NCBI GenBank assembly: GCA_051362555.1
Contig: CM120646.1
Coordinates: 186,001 to 250,000, forward strand
DNA: 64,000 nt
Source of the DNA: Lingula anatina
Taxonomy: Eukaryota > Animalia > Brachiopoda
Direction of reading: 5' to 3'
Shown: positions 1 to 13,500 of the stretch, one piece after another
Layout: each line of letters begins with the position of its first letter
Numbering within the stretch: position 1 is the first letter of the stretch
The notes under the pieces: model-generated
Seen by the model: the letters and a program-made list of their open reading frames with translations, nothing else
Databases searched by the model: none
What the model was told of the DNA's origin: nothing
Position numbers and translations under genes: made by a program

Positions 1-2201
1 GTGTCATAGTTGTCATAAAGTGTCAATCTGTTGTCCTCTAATCACATCCCTGGTACTAGAGTAGACTGTATATAGAGGGATCATTCCAGCCCTGAACTTG
101 TGTGGAACTTAATTAACTGTGTATCAAGTATTGGCCTGGTAACAGTAGCAGTAGCATACAATAGAAATTGAGCCATCAACTGGCCTACAGGTAAACAGTG
201 ACCTTAATATCATTACTCTTCATTCTCCCCTCTGGGTGAAATCAGTATTGTATTCTAATCTTGGCTGTGTTCACATCAAGACTAACTTAGACTGGGTGGT
301 GACTTATTGACATCACCAGGTGACAAGACTTGCTGTGTTATCTGGTCGTAATCTGGCCTTTGCAGTGTTATACTCACGTGCGTGTTTGTCAGGGCATATA
401 CACACTTGTACGTATACGCACACATATACACACTTGTATGGAACTTATGCATGTGGGAGTATGCACACACATTCATAAATATAAGCATCTGAAAATTTGA
501 GAAAGTTCTCTTAGTTACTAGTGAAAACAAAGCATATTTCAGAGGTGCACTTTATTAAATAAATCAAGGTTAAGCTGATGTATTGCCATCAGATTTAGGT
601 TGAGATCCGTTTCCTTCCTGCTCTGAGGGGCGGATACAGATCCTCAAGTGGAAGACTGATAACCTGGTAGGACTTAAGTTGAACAAATTATAACCATATT
701 TTCTCTGAGAACCTGTTGTGTTTTCCTGTGGTTTTTGTTCCATTTTATGTGTATTCCCCAGCTTGGCATGGGAGTACATTATAGTATACTTGGTTATTTC
801 TTATCAAAGCACTGGATCAATGGGTGACTTGATTTAGGCTCTATTGTTTTCATATACACCACATGTGAACAGTCCTATATATATATATAGATATACAGCA
901 GTGTCATACCAGCACATGCAGGTTAGCTGGTGCCGTGGACTGCCCTTGATTGCACTCTACTCTACCCTGGAGGGAGACAAGCTGGTGTTTAATTATCAGG
1001 TCCTCTGAACCCTTTTGACCTGGTGATAGGAGTCAGCAGAAAGAAAGTGGATTGCTGAACAACAGACAGAAACAGCAACTTAGTAATTTCTTCTTTTGTG
1101 TGTTTTCACTGTTAATGCATTTGATATTTTATGCATGTTTTTTTTTTGTTTGTTTGTTTGTTTGTTTTGTTTTCTTTTTTGTTGAACCCAGTATATGCTT
1201 GATAATATCACTTTATGTATGAATTCTATAATTTTAAGTTGTAGTTTCTATAGGTGTATGAGAGCCATTCCATTACTTAGTGCATGTGTTGTATTTACTC
1301 TAATATTTTCTCTATCAACTTACTATAATCATTTTAATGATGCAAGCTTAATTTTAATTTCATTTGCTAATCTGCTAATGCATGACATACATGTGTGCTA
1401 TTATTTGTGCATGATATTTCACTTTATTTACGTAGATCTTCGTACGTGCGCAGAAGTTTGCCATGGAAACCTTTGTCAAGGCGTTTGTTAAAGAATAGGT
1501 AAATTAACACATAGATAGATAGTGCATCCACACTGGCCTAACCAGGATTGTAAATTGGTCTAACTTGTGTCATCAGATGACTAGGTTTCAGAAGACTGGA
1601 GTGGATTTGAAATATGTGCCCAGCTTTGTGAAGCATTAACTTGTTCACAGCTTTTTGCCTAAGCTTTGTTTGCAATCTCTCTGCTGGTTACTAAAACTCT
1701 GATGGCACAAGTTCTGACAGTGGTTCAGTCGTGACCAGTCCTGTGTGTTTACACAAAAGAGATATTCCAGGTAGTCAGACTCTGACTGCCAAACAAGACC
1801 TCAGCAAGTCTTGAAGGAAGAAGATGACTATGTACATTAGTCCACTATAACGCCAGTTAGACTGTGTGGTCGGTCTGGTATATCTCTTCAGTGAACACAC
1901 CTTTGCTTGCTCATCTACTTCAGATATAAGGTGGAGGGGATATTGATTGCAACAAATCTTGGTTGGCACACAGCATGTGGCCCAGCAATAAACAATGGTC
2001 ATTGATGGTCATTGATTGCTTGAGTAACTGCTGGGAGCAGGGATGTACTCAGTAGGCATAATGCAAGCAACACTTTATTTGCCATGTGTAAGCTACATTC
2101 ACACAAGATTACTTTAGACCGAGTCCGAACAGTCCAAATTGTGGCACCAGATGACAGAATACCATCTGTTTGAGATCTGCTGGTTTGCAGAAGCTAGTTG
2201 G

Positions 2202-2727
2202 GTATACAGCCTGTCCAGAATAGTCAAGTTTGAAGGTGGCTGACTAGTACTAGTACCAGTATAGAGCCCTGTCCAGAATAGTCATGTTTAAAGGTGGCTT
2301 ACTAGTACTAGTACCAGTATACAACCTGTCCAGAATAGTCATGTTTGAAGGTGGCTGACTAGTACTAGTACCAGTATACAACCTGTCCAGAATAGTCATG
2401 TTTGAAGGTGGCTTACTAGTACTAGTACCAGTATACAGCCTGTCCAGAATAGTCATGTTTAAAGGTGGCTTACTAGTACTAGTACCAGTATACAGCCTGT
2501 CCAGAATAGTCATGTTTAAAGGTGGCTTACTAGTACTAGTACCAGTATAGAGCCTGTCCAGAATAGTCATGTTTAAAGGTGGCTTACTAGTACTAGTACC
2601 AGTATAGAGCCTGTCCAGAATAGTCATGTTTAAAGGTGGCTTACTAGTACTAGTACCAGTATAGAGCCTGTCCAGAATAGTCATGTTTAAAGGTGGCTGA
2701 CTAGTACTAGTACCAGTATAGAGCCTG
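2202..2727. repeat. 57-bp minisatellite, about 9 copies
   Basis: Unit gtatagagcctgtccagaatagtcatgtttaaaggtggcttactagtactagtacca. It explains the repetitive ORF 2250-2762. Confidence 0.95.
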
Positions 2728-3060
2728 TGTGTATACAAGGTTACCTGTGATAACAGTATCATGGTAATCCCTTACCCTTCCTGTCCTTTATCTCTGTGTA
2801 TCTTGTTATAAACCCCACAGTACACTGACAGTATCTGTGTTATGTGTCCGGTACACTACTATATGTATATACCCCCTATATAAGCTACAATCTTAGTTCC
2901 TTACTGTACTCAACTGGAAGTACCTGTAGTGTTTTAACCTTTCTCCTAGATATCCTTTTTGTGAGACCACTACACTAGAGAGAATATGTTCCTGTGTATA
3001 CACACACGCACGCACGCACATGCACACACACATATGTTGTAGACTCCGACTCAAGGCTTA

Positions 3061-3286
3061 CACCCCATTTCCATAGATTTTTAGATCGATCTATCCCTGT
3101 GGGGAGTCTCACTAGATTACTGTCAGCTTGGCCAGCTTAAGCGTCTGCCCCGCCTACTAAAAGCTGTAAAGGGGCAATTAACTATGCTGCCCGCTCGGCT
3201 GACTGCAATTTAGCGTGAACCCCCAGGGAGTTAGGTCGATCTAAATTTTAATCCCTGGATCGATCTTAATCTCTGGAAATACACCC
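3061..3286 (+). mobile_element. PIF/Harbinger-like MITE, copy 1 (diverged)
   Basis: Homologous to 11255-11469, 12957-13165 and 51897-52111. Imperfect TIRs (cccatttccatag / ctctggaaatacaccc) flanked by a TTA/TTA 3-bp TSD. Confidence 0.8.
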
Positions 3287-5905
3287 TTAAGGTGATGGCA
3301 GTTTTTTTTTTTTTTTTTTTTTTTTTAACACTAGCAGAAACCTATAGGCAGTGTATGATGTGACATAAGGCTTAGTGCTTATTCTCATTGCTGTTATAGC
3401 TTCCAGTTTCACATGGCTGTATTGAGAAAATATTGATTTTTCATATAAGATCATAATATTTTAAGTCATTTCTTTAAAGCTAGACTGATAAAATGGAAAT
3501 TATTATATGAGTGCCTATGTCACTAGTGTCAGCCATTAGGAGATAAAGGTGATAAGACGAATAAACACAAACAAAAATAATATTTCTTTGAGACACCTGA
3601 CTTGAAGTTCTCATAGGAATTTCACATTTTCCTTCTATACCAAAGAATTAAAACAGAAAATATACAGGATATGTTTACATTTTCTGTTGAAGGGGAGAGA
3701 AAATTTTGGCAGCTGTTTTTCAAGTTCTTGCCTGACTTTCATTTATTGAATTCTTGTATTTTGTCAACTTTCCTCATGAAAATGAGCTACTAGTAATTCA
3801 AAGCTTGGTTTGTGTTATTTCACACAAAGACATCTCCTTCTTTTATCTTTGACTATGAGAAATTATGAATAACATTTTTTATAACAGTTGAAGTGGACAT
3901 CAGACCCACAACACCAAGTTTTCTCCTTGTTGAATTTAGGTGAAACTACATTGATTATTCCAAACATCCACCATATTGCCTTATTACAAGACATCTTCAC
4001 CACCTTTCCACAGGAGCTGGAGGGAAGTTGATGGGTCCCCAGAGAAATTTCCTTGTGTATTGATCTGCCTTGAAATTGATGGAATGTTTTTAGTCTTCAA
4101 ATCTTCAGGACTGGTGCCAGTCTTCTGCAAGATGGTTTGGTTATTTATTTATTTTTTCATTTATTTATATATAGAGTCTCCTCTGTAAATATTGCCTCAG
4201 AAACGGAAATTTTGTTTTACTCATTTTCTTTCTGTTATGACTTAACACCAGTATTAGCAAAGTAACGAACAGAAGCTAAACATCGTTTGCGCCATAATCA
4301 ATCACTTAAAGTATTACGTGAAAATGAGAAGCAGCAGCTATCACTCTTTAATCTCTCTTACTGAAGCAAGAACTAATTAGTTTTCTGACTCACATTAGTT
4401 GTTTTACACACACACACTTATTCAGCTTGTGCTGGAATAGGATAAAAAAACTGCCAGGAAAGTGAGTCACACACACACGTCTCATGTGTTGGCTAAATGG
4501 TTGATATATTCTGAGTAATAAATAGCTGTTCATATATGTATAAAGTCAGGAAAGTGCAGAGATACATACTGTATGACTATGAATCTTAAGAGACCTGCAT
4601 TTCTGTTCGTTGTGAACAAAAAAAATATCTTTTCTTCTTTACCTTCCTTTAGGAAATTTTAAACTAAGAATCAATCTGTCTGTGGTCCAGTTGTATGAAA
4701 ATGTTTTTATTGCTCTGAGACCTTATATAATTCTGATATTTATCTATTTATTCACATTATATAAATTTGTATACTTCAGTCCTTAGAATCAGTTGTTTGG
4801 TATTTACAGTGTTCACCAAAATCATTAAATGCCACAATGTTTCAGTTTGATATCTATTTAATAGTTCTAAGACACAATTAATTAACACTCTTAGCAACTT
4901 TTTGTACTTAGTTCTCTTGTAGGTTTTGAAATCCCAGAAATAAGTATGATGAGTGACTTGTCTGCTGACTCAGCCTCTGGGAAAAGAGAGGTCAGAGGTC
5001 ACGTGGGGTGTGAGTCAGGTAGAAAATATAGCTAGAAATGATACCCTTTGTCTGCTTTACTCATGGAAAAAAGATATCTAGGAAAACTTCAGTTAGCCAC
5101 ACAACATGCCTGTAGGATATTTAACATGGAGCACAGCTGAGAGGAACGTAATCTGTCTATGAGAAGAGCAGTCTGTGTCTGTGCTGAGATATATGCTGAT
5201 TACCCTAAGCTTTCATCTACTGAGGCAACTGTGATTTGTGTTGAAATGGTTTATTCTTGATTCTGGGACCAGATTTTGTTCTTTGTTCCATGATTGGAGT
5301 TAATGTCCACACTATTTGGCCAATATCTGACCACTGGGCAGTGGAGACTGTTAAAGACTTCAGATGGTCAGTTGTCTCTGCCAGAACTCATGTAGCCTTC
5401 AATGGACATGGCTAAAATACTGGACATATCTTGACTTTTGCTAAAAATCCAATTCTGATTTTTTAATGAACGGGAAGCTGTTAAATATCCATGACTAGAA
5501 CAGAATGTGGTTAATTATTACCTAGGAGTGGATAGAGCCACCTTTCACTGTTCTTTGTCTCAGCTCTGGGAAGACGAAGCATATCTTTACAATACTATGT
5601 GTGCGTTACCTGTAACATTCTCTATTCCTGACTGGCATTGTTTCCGCGGACTGTTTGGAGGACTGTTTGCCTTCTACACTGTGTATACTGCCAGTGGGAG
5701 TACCCTTAGTGTCTATAACCTGGTCATGATGTAAGACATACCCCCCCCCCCCCCACACACACACACACTATCAGTGAGAAATAAGGATGGCCCATAGGCA
5801 CATGTGATATCTGCCCCCCCCCCTTCCATTTTAGGCTTCCAGAGTGAGGTACACATTCCTGCTCAGAAAATTTAAAGTTTTATTTATTTATTTATTTATT
5901 TCCAG

Positions 5906-7935
5906 GCAGTCAAGTATCAGCAGTAGCTGTGAGCCTCCTCCAGTATACACAGCTAAAAGTTGGGAAGAAATCCCTGCTCACAAGATTGCCTCTTGTCTGC
6001 TGAGTCCTGAGATCTTTGCCTCCTTCTCAGGTCCTGACTCTGGTCTGGCAGTGGTGGAGACTGAAGGAGAACCACTGCCTGCTAAAGGTGTGTATTACAC
6101 CTGGGAGACACTTACACCTGGGGAACTTTAGTAAAAAGAAGGTCCATCGCCAGATATTGGAAATATTCTCCTTTGACTTCACGCAAACTATGTGTGGTCC
6201 ATATTAAGTGATAATTTGTCTGTTTTATAAAAAGAAATCAATCTCTAGTTACATAGGCCAGTCATTGTGTCATGATTACTAGTAGACTTGAAGACAATAA
6301 TCGTATATTTCTGTTGACAGATGACAAGCCTAAAAATGGAGAAATAGCTGGGGCCAAAGTGTGGAATTTAAAAAGCAGGAAGGCGTACGGGATCTCCCTG
6401 TCATTGTATGACCAGAACCCTGTCAGCGGGAAAATGTCAGGTATATCTTGAAGTCTTCTCTCCATCTCTCACCCTCTTTCTCTCTCTTCTCTCTCTCAGC
6501 ATTTTGATCCTAGGTAAGCTTTTAAAACCTTTAATAGATCACTGAAAACAAAAAGTAAATTGAGGTACGTTCACATATTGTTCCAGGAGACCCAATAGCA
6601 GATGCCTTTGCTCTGTGTGCCCGCAGAAACAACGCCATCCTGATTGTTGCTGATGGCGTCAACTGGGGAGAGAAATCTCGTATGGCGGCACGTGCTGCCA
6701 TCTATGGTGCCATGAAGTTCCTTAACCAGAAATTGTTTGCTGAGAAGCGGACACTGGAAACAACTCAGGTTGATGATTGTTTATATGGCTGTAATAAAAG
6801 GCTTTTAATATTTCAGCATATGGTGTTACACTATAAATGATACTGATTGCTTCAATGGTATTTCACTTTAAATTTTTAGAGACGCATTTTTCAAGTATTA
6901 TAAGATGGTAGTAAATTGTAATATAATATATACTATTTGTCACAATTAAGTCCCACCATAGCAAATTTTGTTTATTTGTTTCTTTATAATCCTTGTTTTC
7001 TCCAGGATGCTATAAAATTACTTCGCCAGTCACTGGACATTGCCCATGAGACCATAATGCTGAAGGAAGGTGGTTTGACTACATTGTGTGTGGCACTAGT
7101 CTGTCCCCTTCAGGACACCAACCAGTACACGATCTGTGTTGTCAATGTTGGAGATAGCTTTGCCTTTATTATGAGCAAACGCTGGGGGTTACGGGAAATC
7201 ACTGTCGGATCTCACGACATCCAATCAGAGCGTGATCTCAGAGACGCGGGCGGGGCATTGGGTCCCGTAGATGGGAAGAACCCAGAGCTTAACAACCTGA
7301 CCTGCTCCATGACCTTTGTTGACCCTGGAGATGTGGTGTTCCTGACAACAGACGGAATCTCAGACAACTTTGACCCGGTTGTGACTAAAATAGCTCAGGC
7401 AGCAATTTCTCCCACTGTAGCGAGCCCCTCAGAGAAAAATGACTCAAATATTGCTGAAACGGGAAACAAAGAGATTTGTAACTCAAAACCTGCTGTAGAT
7501 CCAACAAAACCAGAAATGTATCCCCACGAGAGGCATCACTATTCTGTGAAGGAAATGGAGAGGACAATTCACGAGTACGAACTGCTCACGGAGGCACCAT
7601 GCTCTGCACAGGAATTGTGTGGAGCAATCGTACAGCACGTGTGCGTGCTCACAGACCCCAAACGTAAGGTGCTGGAGGATCCCACGTTATTCATCAAAAG
7701 GAAAATGAAAGCAAAAGACAAGAAGAAAAGAGATGCAGAAATTGTTGCCAAAATGGCGCGGGCTCCAGGCAAGCTGGACCATGCCAGTATAGTGGCGTAT
7801 GAAGTGGGTGTGTACAGGGGGGAGGACGAGGAAAACACGGACTATGGGGGTGTGGCAACCAGTCAGGGAAGCAATAGGGGGGACACACTGGAAGAACCCC
7901 CTCCAAGTCCGAGACTTTACGAATCTACAGTGTAA
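5906..7935 (+). CDS. PP2C-like domain-containing protein (CG9801-type), 5' partial
   Basis: Exons 5906-6087, 6321-6440, 6587-6768 and 7006-7935 join in frame at GT-AG sites. Motifs YGISLSLY, GDPIADAF, VADGVNWG, NVGDS, GALGPVDG, LTTDGISDNFDP and GKLDHA. The upstream exon(s) are uncertain (candidate starting at 4923). AATAAA at about 9565. Confidence 0.85.
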
Positions 7936-10481
7936 ATCATCTTAGTACTTTGAAATTTATGTTATGTGTATATGTGTATAATTCTTTTTATATACTGAAG
8001 CTGTCACTTCGTGTAACTTAACGTATTTAATCTAATAGTGGAAGATATGATATTTTCTTGTTGTAATCGGTAGACCAGTTTCTTGCCCGGTAACTGTTAG
8101 TCTTGTCAGTCAAAGTGTCACCAAGGAGACCCCAATGGCCGCAGCAACTACACACTGAATTTCAACTAAAATTGATTTATTCTATTTTTCCAAGTTCCAT
8201 TAGTTTGTGTATGAAATCTTGACATAATTATTTTGGATTTGCATCTAAAAGTTGGTCTTATTATTAAGTGAACTAAAATGCCCGAAGACACAAAAGTACT
8301 AGATGTGAAGTGTCTGAAACCTGTGGGTAAATGCTGCAACTTTGACTTATTGTATGCATTCAGTGAGATGGTCTGAAAAGATTTCAAAAGATAGAAAGTC
8401 TTATCTCTGGCCAATTTCCAAACACATTTTGTCGTTTACCATTTGTTTGTGGAGAATAGCACTAGATGTGGAGTCTTTCCTCAGATAAAATGAACACTTT
8501 GACAAGCAAGTTACAGCCCCCAACCTCAACCTCTGCCACAGTAGCCATATTGTCATCTTTGATAAATCAGCATTTTATATCATGTAGAATATTTTTATTT
8601 AATTTCACAATTTTTTATCATGTATTAAAGAGATCTGGGATCCTGCTGAATTATTTTTACTATTATTATTTGACACTTGTCTAACTTGCTGCTGATACCT
8701 CCAAGGTCAGGATTATGCTAGGGTGGGGCCATACCACATTATATAGGGGCCAGAGTTGAGGTCCATGTATTACTTGTGATACTCTGGGTTAACTAGTACT
8801 GATACTGCAGAGAGCCCAACAACCTCAGTGTGTGTGTGCACAAACCTAGTAATACTAGTCATGTTAGTAATTAACAACAGGCAAACAATATTATATCCAA
8901 GTTTTTTTTTTTTTTTTTTTTTTTGTCTTAAGTGGAAACAGCGTCATTTCTTTTCTTCAGATAAACTGTAATATTGAAGGTACTGTCAAAGACAGTGTAT
9001 ATGTCAGTGCATTCAACTAGAAAAGCGAGGTGACGTTCGGATATTTTATGGGTAAAATGGTGCCACTAGCAATCTCCACTTTAATATTTTTATGTGCGAT
9101 CTATTATACAGAGCATCAGGAGTCGTTCCTGTATTTTGAACCTTTTGTTATCTTTAAAATGTTGTCTTCTCTTCATGCCACTTAAAAACTAGCTGCAGCT
9201 GACATAGGCAGCAGTAGCAGGCGTCTTCAGAGAAGGGGGAACACTGGAGTGGTTCTCTCTATAGTGTATCAGAGTTAACATACTGTTATAATGTTGCTGG
9301 TGACATGCTCTCTACAGATTGTGCAAATAGTGCGCTGTGAACATGCTTTTCATGACAAGTACACATCTCATAGCTGGTGTACCAGTGAAATAAAAATGTC
9401 TGTAGAATTGACCTTGTATTGAGCCCAAAGGATTGTTAATTTATAGTCAAATGTATTAATTTTTGTTTTCATTGTTGTCTGCTTCCTTTAGTTATATTAA
9501 TTTAACTAATAAGCTGATTTCTTTATTGTTTTCTTTTGTAATTTTTTTATGCTTTTATAGTGACAATAAATCACTATAGAAAATTGAATGTAGAGTGATT
9601 TTAACATTTGCTGGAAATAACAGATGACCCTCCCGCCACTAAACTTTTCAAATTTGCAAATTAAATTTATCAAGTGTAGGAAGGGACATATATTGACAAA
9701 AAAAAACCTTGAAGTGAGGGGACTGCATTTTCTACATTTTCCATGTACTAGGGCATAGAGAGACTGTGCCCTCCCCTTTTATTAACAACTGCTACAATTT
9801 AGATTGTAAAACTGTGATGTATTAAACTTCCTGCAGTGGGACTCTTGTGAAACCAACATGGGCATCAAAATGCTGGAAATTCTGAACTTTGAGAAAATAG
9901 CAAATGCAGCCAGAAATGAAGACCAACGGCTGAGAAGCACAATGCATGTACAAAAGCTACCATTATTTGACTGCTGCTAGTATGTTGTTCTCGAATAAAT
10001 AATTTATTCATTTCAACCATCATATGGTACCATTTTGAACTTTTATCATTACTTCAAAGTAGTGCATTGTACTGCAGAAATAGAATTCAAATGATCTCTA
10101 TCAAATCACTATCTCTGATACAGCTGAAGTATTCACGCATAACACAGACTTTTGCATGTTATTTTCAGAAAATTTTCTAAAATTTAACACTATAACATAT
10201 CAAACAACAGTTTCTGGAAGGTAATAAAAGTCTGCATGTCTCCAAAAAGACAGAAATCGAACCCTTGGAATCACCTCAACGGTGTGTTCTACATGGTCAG
10301 GAGACTTAAGGTCTCTGTTGCTGGAGCACCTCCTTGTGACCATTGACACAGTCACCTAGAAAAGAATCCCAGTAATTTCAGTTAGATGTTTTTAATGATT
10401 CCCTGGTTAAAAACCTGATGGAAACCTAGCCTTGCTGCCACAAAATTTGTCAGAAATTCCAAAACAGTTACTGTGGATATA

Positions 10482-10589
10482 ATGTTATTCATGCCATGTG
10501 GCAAGTTTCTCCAATATACTCCTATATCCAGTGTCAATGTGATGTTATTCATGCCATGTGGCAAGTCTGTCCAATATACTCCTATATCC
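10482..10589. repeat. Tandem duplication (period 60) of the HAT1 C-terminal codons and stop
   Basis: tgttattcatgccatgtggcaagt..tccaatatactcctatatcc occurs at 10483 and 10543. Confidence 0.9.
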
Positions 10590-13500
10590 CTCTACTTGCT
10601 GTTCATACTGTTCTTGTAAAATCTTGAATTTCTGTTCTCCTGTGATAGCATTCATTGCCGCAGTGTATTCTCCCTCTTCCAACACTCGCTGTAGTTTTTC
10701 TAAATCGCGTCCATTTTTCTGAAAATACAGAAAACATCTCAACTTTAATTCAGGGCGAGATAAAATGAAAGTAAAACTTGCCAATCGCGTCATAAACCAA
10801 CCTTTACCTGTACAAATACCTGTACTTTTACCTGTACAAATCCTTTTACCTTTACCTGTACAAATCCCTGTACCTTTACCTGTACAAATACCTGTACTTT
10901 TACCTGTACAAATCCCTGTACCTTTACCTGTACAAATACCTGTACCTTTACCTGTACAAATCCTTTACCTTCACCTGTCCAAGTACACAGGATAGCAGCA
11001 GACACACTCACCTCAAAAGGTTTGTTTAACCTCCTCTTGATGTCAAGTCTGTAGCCTCTTACTTCCTCCGCATTTTTTGGGTCAACAGCTTTTAATCGTA
11101 GTATCTCATAAACTCGCCTTGCTTGCCTCTGAAAGCCCACATAAGTTACAAAATATAAGTTAATGTGCCAAATGATTTGGTCGTGCAAATCTCAGGTAAC
11201 AGGAGAGACGCTCAGAAGTACTAACTAGAGTGGTGAGACTCACCAAAACAGTTAGGCTGTATTCCCAGAGCTTTTAGATCGATCTATCCCCGCGGGGAGT
11301 CTCACTAGATTACTGTCAGATAATCCGGCTTAAATGTCCGTCCCGCCTACTACAAGCTGTAAGGGGGTAATTAACTTTCGTGTCCGCTCGGCTGACAGCT
11401 ATTTAGCATGAACCCCCATGGAGTTAGGTCGATCTTAAGTAGATCAATCTAATCTCTGGAAATGGGGTCTTAGGCAAGTTATTGCCAAGCACAAGTTTTT
11501 GGATGAACATCAAGTCTCTTCAATAATAATGCTTACTCTTAGTCAGAGAAGAATTTCATCAGCTGTGTTAAGTAATAAGAATGATGTGATTTTTTCTTCA
11601 GACAACAGCTAATAGTGAGATAGGTTTTACCTCCAATATTTCGATGTCTATCTGGACATCTTCTTCAGGGAACGAGGCTGTCCAGGTGAATAGCCTCTAC
11701 TCAGGAGGTGTACTCCCCCCCCCCCCCCCCCCCAATTGTCTTAGGAAAGGGATGTAGAGGTCAGGGAGGATGGCACCATCATTTCTGTTGAGACTGGCCC
11801 CTGTCTTTTTGCCATCCACAGCAAAAAGACTTACTCTTAGGTTTTCAATTGTTACCAAATAAAACCATCTTGTATAACAAATTCCATAAGTGTTTGAGCA
11901 TGTGTTAAATGTACAAACCTTATTTAATTTTAACTTCATTTGTGCCTCCTTGGCCATACTGTCTGTGAATCCCTCCTTTAAGCTTTCTGGCTGAAATGTG
12001 TCTAGCTTTAAACAGTTTTTGGCATCAACAAAATCCCGGACTTTTTGAAAGTTTTCAGAAGGATCTTCAACTAGAAAACAATTATTCACAATCCTTACAT
12101 TTCGTCAGTACATCCATACACAACTGTCAATAATAATCAAAGTTCATATTTTTTTTATTATCAAAATCAGAAATTGGTGAAAAATATTAAATTTTAGCAT
12201 TTGGGGAACATTTCCTATCCTATCAACACCCCATCCCAGACATTAAAACTTGGGCAAAATTACAAAATACAATTTGCATCTGTATGTTCTCTGGAGCATT
12301 AAATAGAAAATTACACTATTAAGTTTAAATTAATAAGTTTTCACTCTTTCTGATTGAAGTATTTATTATTAATGATTATTGTTTTGTAACTTTTTGTAAC
12401 TAAAAATTGTAATCCTTGAAATAAGAAAATGTTTGTATCTCTATTTATGACTTCCGTGATGATCACAGTTAAGCCCCCCTCCACCCACCTGTGACATCCA
12501 ATACCTCGGGCCGTGGCACCACATCATTGTAAAATGTCTGGATCAGTCTGGCACAGTGACCCATCCTCTGGAAAGGGGGCAGCACCAGCACCTGGCTGGA
12601 AGATTCAGTTTAGCATCAAGTTAAACGTAAAATAAATCACAATTGCTCTCAAGTGTGTGTGTAAAACTATCAGGGGCATAACTCTGACATTTTCCTTAAA
12701 TCAATAACCACTGATAACAAAATCATACTTAACATCAATAAAAAAATATATATAAATATAAAAAGTACAAAGTTACCTCATCCTAGGTCTAGTATTAGCA
12801 GGATATGCATAGTAACTGTATGCTGTCATATACCCAGCAATAGCATACATCTGCTGAGAGTGGGTGACAGAATGGTATTTTTCAAATCTGGAAAAATAAT
12901 AATTATCATTATAAGAATGGATGTATGAGCACTTTATCAGAAGTCAGCCAGACTATGACCCCATTTCCAGAGATTAGATCGATCCACTTTAGATCGACCT
13001 ATCTCCCTGGGGGTTCACGCTAAAGAGCTGTCAGCCGAGCAGACACGAAAGTTAATTGCCCCCTTACAGCTTGTAGTAGGCGGGACGGACATTTAAGCCG
13101 GATTATCTGACAGTAATCTAGTGAGACTCCCCACAGATCGATCTAAAAGCTCTGGGAAGACAGCCTAAGAGTCAGGTAAATGTGACAATTTCTTTTTAAC
13201 TACAGGGGAAAACCTAAATATAACTCAGACAAAATCCTCTTCCAAACTTAACGGTACAGAGCATAATTTAACAGTCACACTTACATTAAGTAAAAGACCC
13301 ATCTATCATCATCTACATCTATATAGGATGCAGCGTCTATGTACCACAGTAAGAAGGTCTGAAGTCTCTCGTGGTATTCTCTGAACCCGGGAACACTAAT
13401 GTCTGCCCTGTAGATCTCAAAATGCCTATCTCTTCCCTCTGAAACAATCAAAAATATAAGGTCAGAATAAAATAAATACATGTGCTCCGTTTTCTGATTT

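Noticed and set aside
2250-2762. 170-aa repetitive ORF
   Set aside because: It is the translation of a 57-bp minisatellite, with no splice or domain support.
2950-2960. ATATCCTT U12-type donor-like motif (also GTATCCTT at about 14848)
   Set aside because: Neither is at a boundary of any supportable exon on the matching strand.
4923-5018. Possible upstream coding exon of the PP2C-like gene
   Set aside because: It has a good acceptor and an open frame, but the strongest donors are not in the phase needed to join 5906, so it was left out of the model.
7385-7906. Minus-strand ORFs overlapping the PP2C-like last exon
   Set aside because: These are antisense shadows of a real coding exon.
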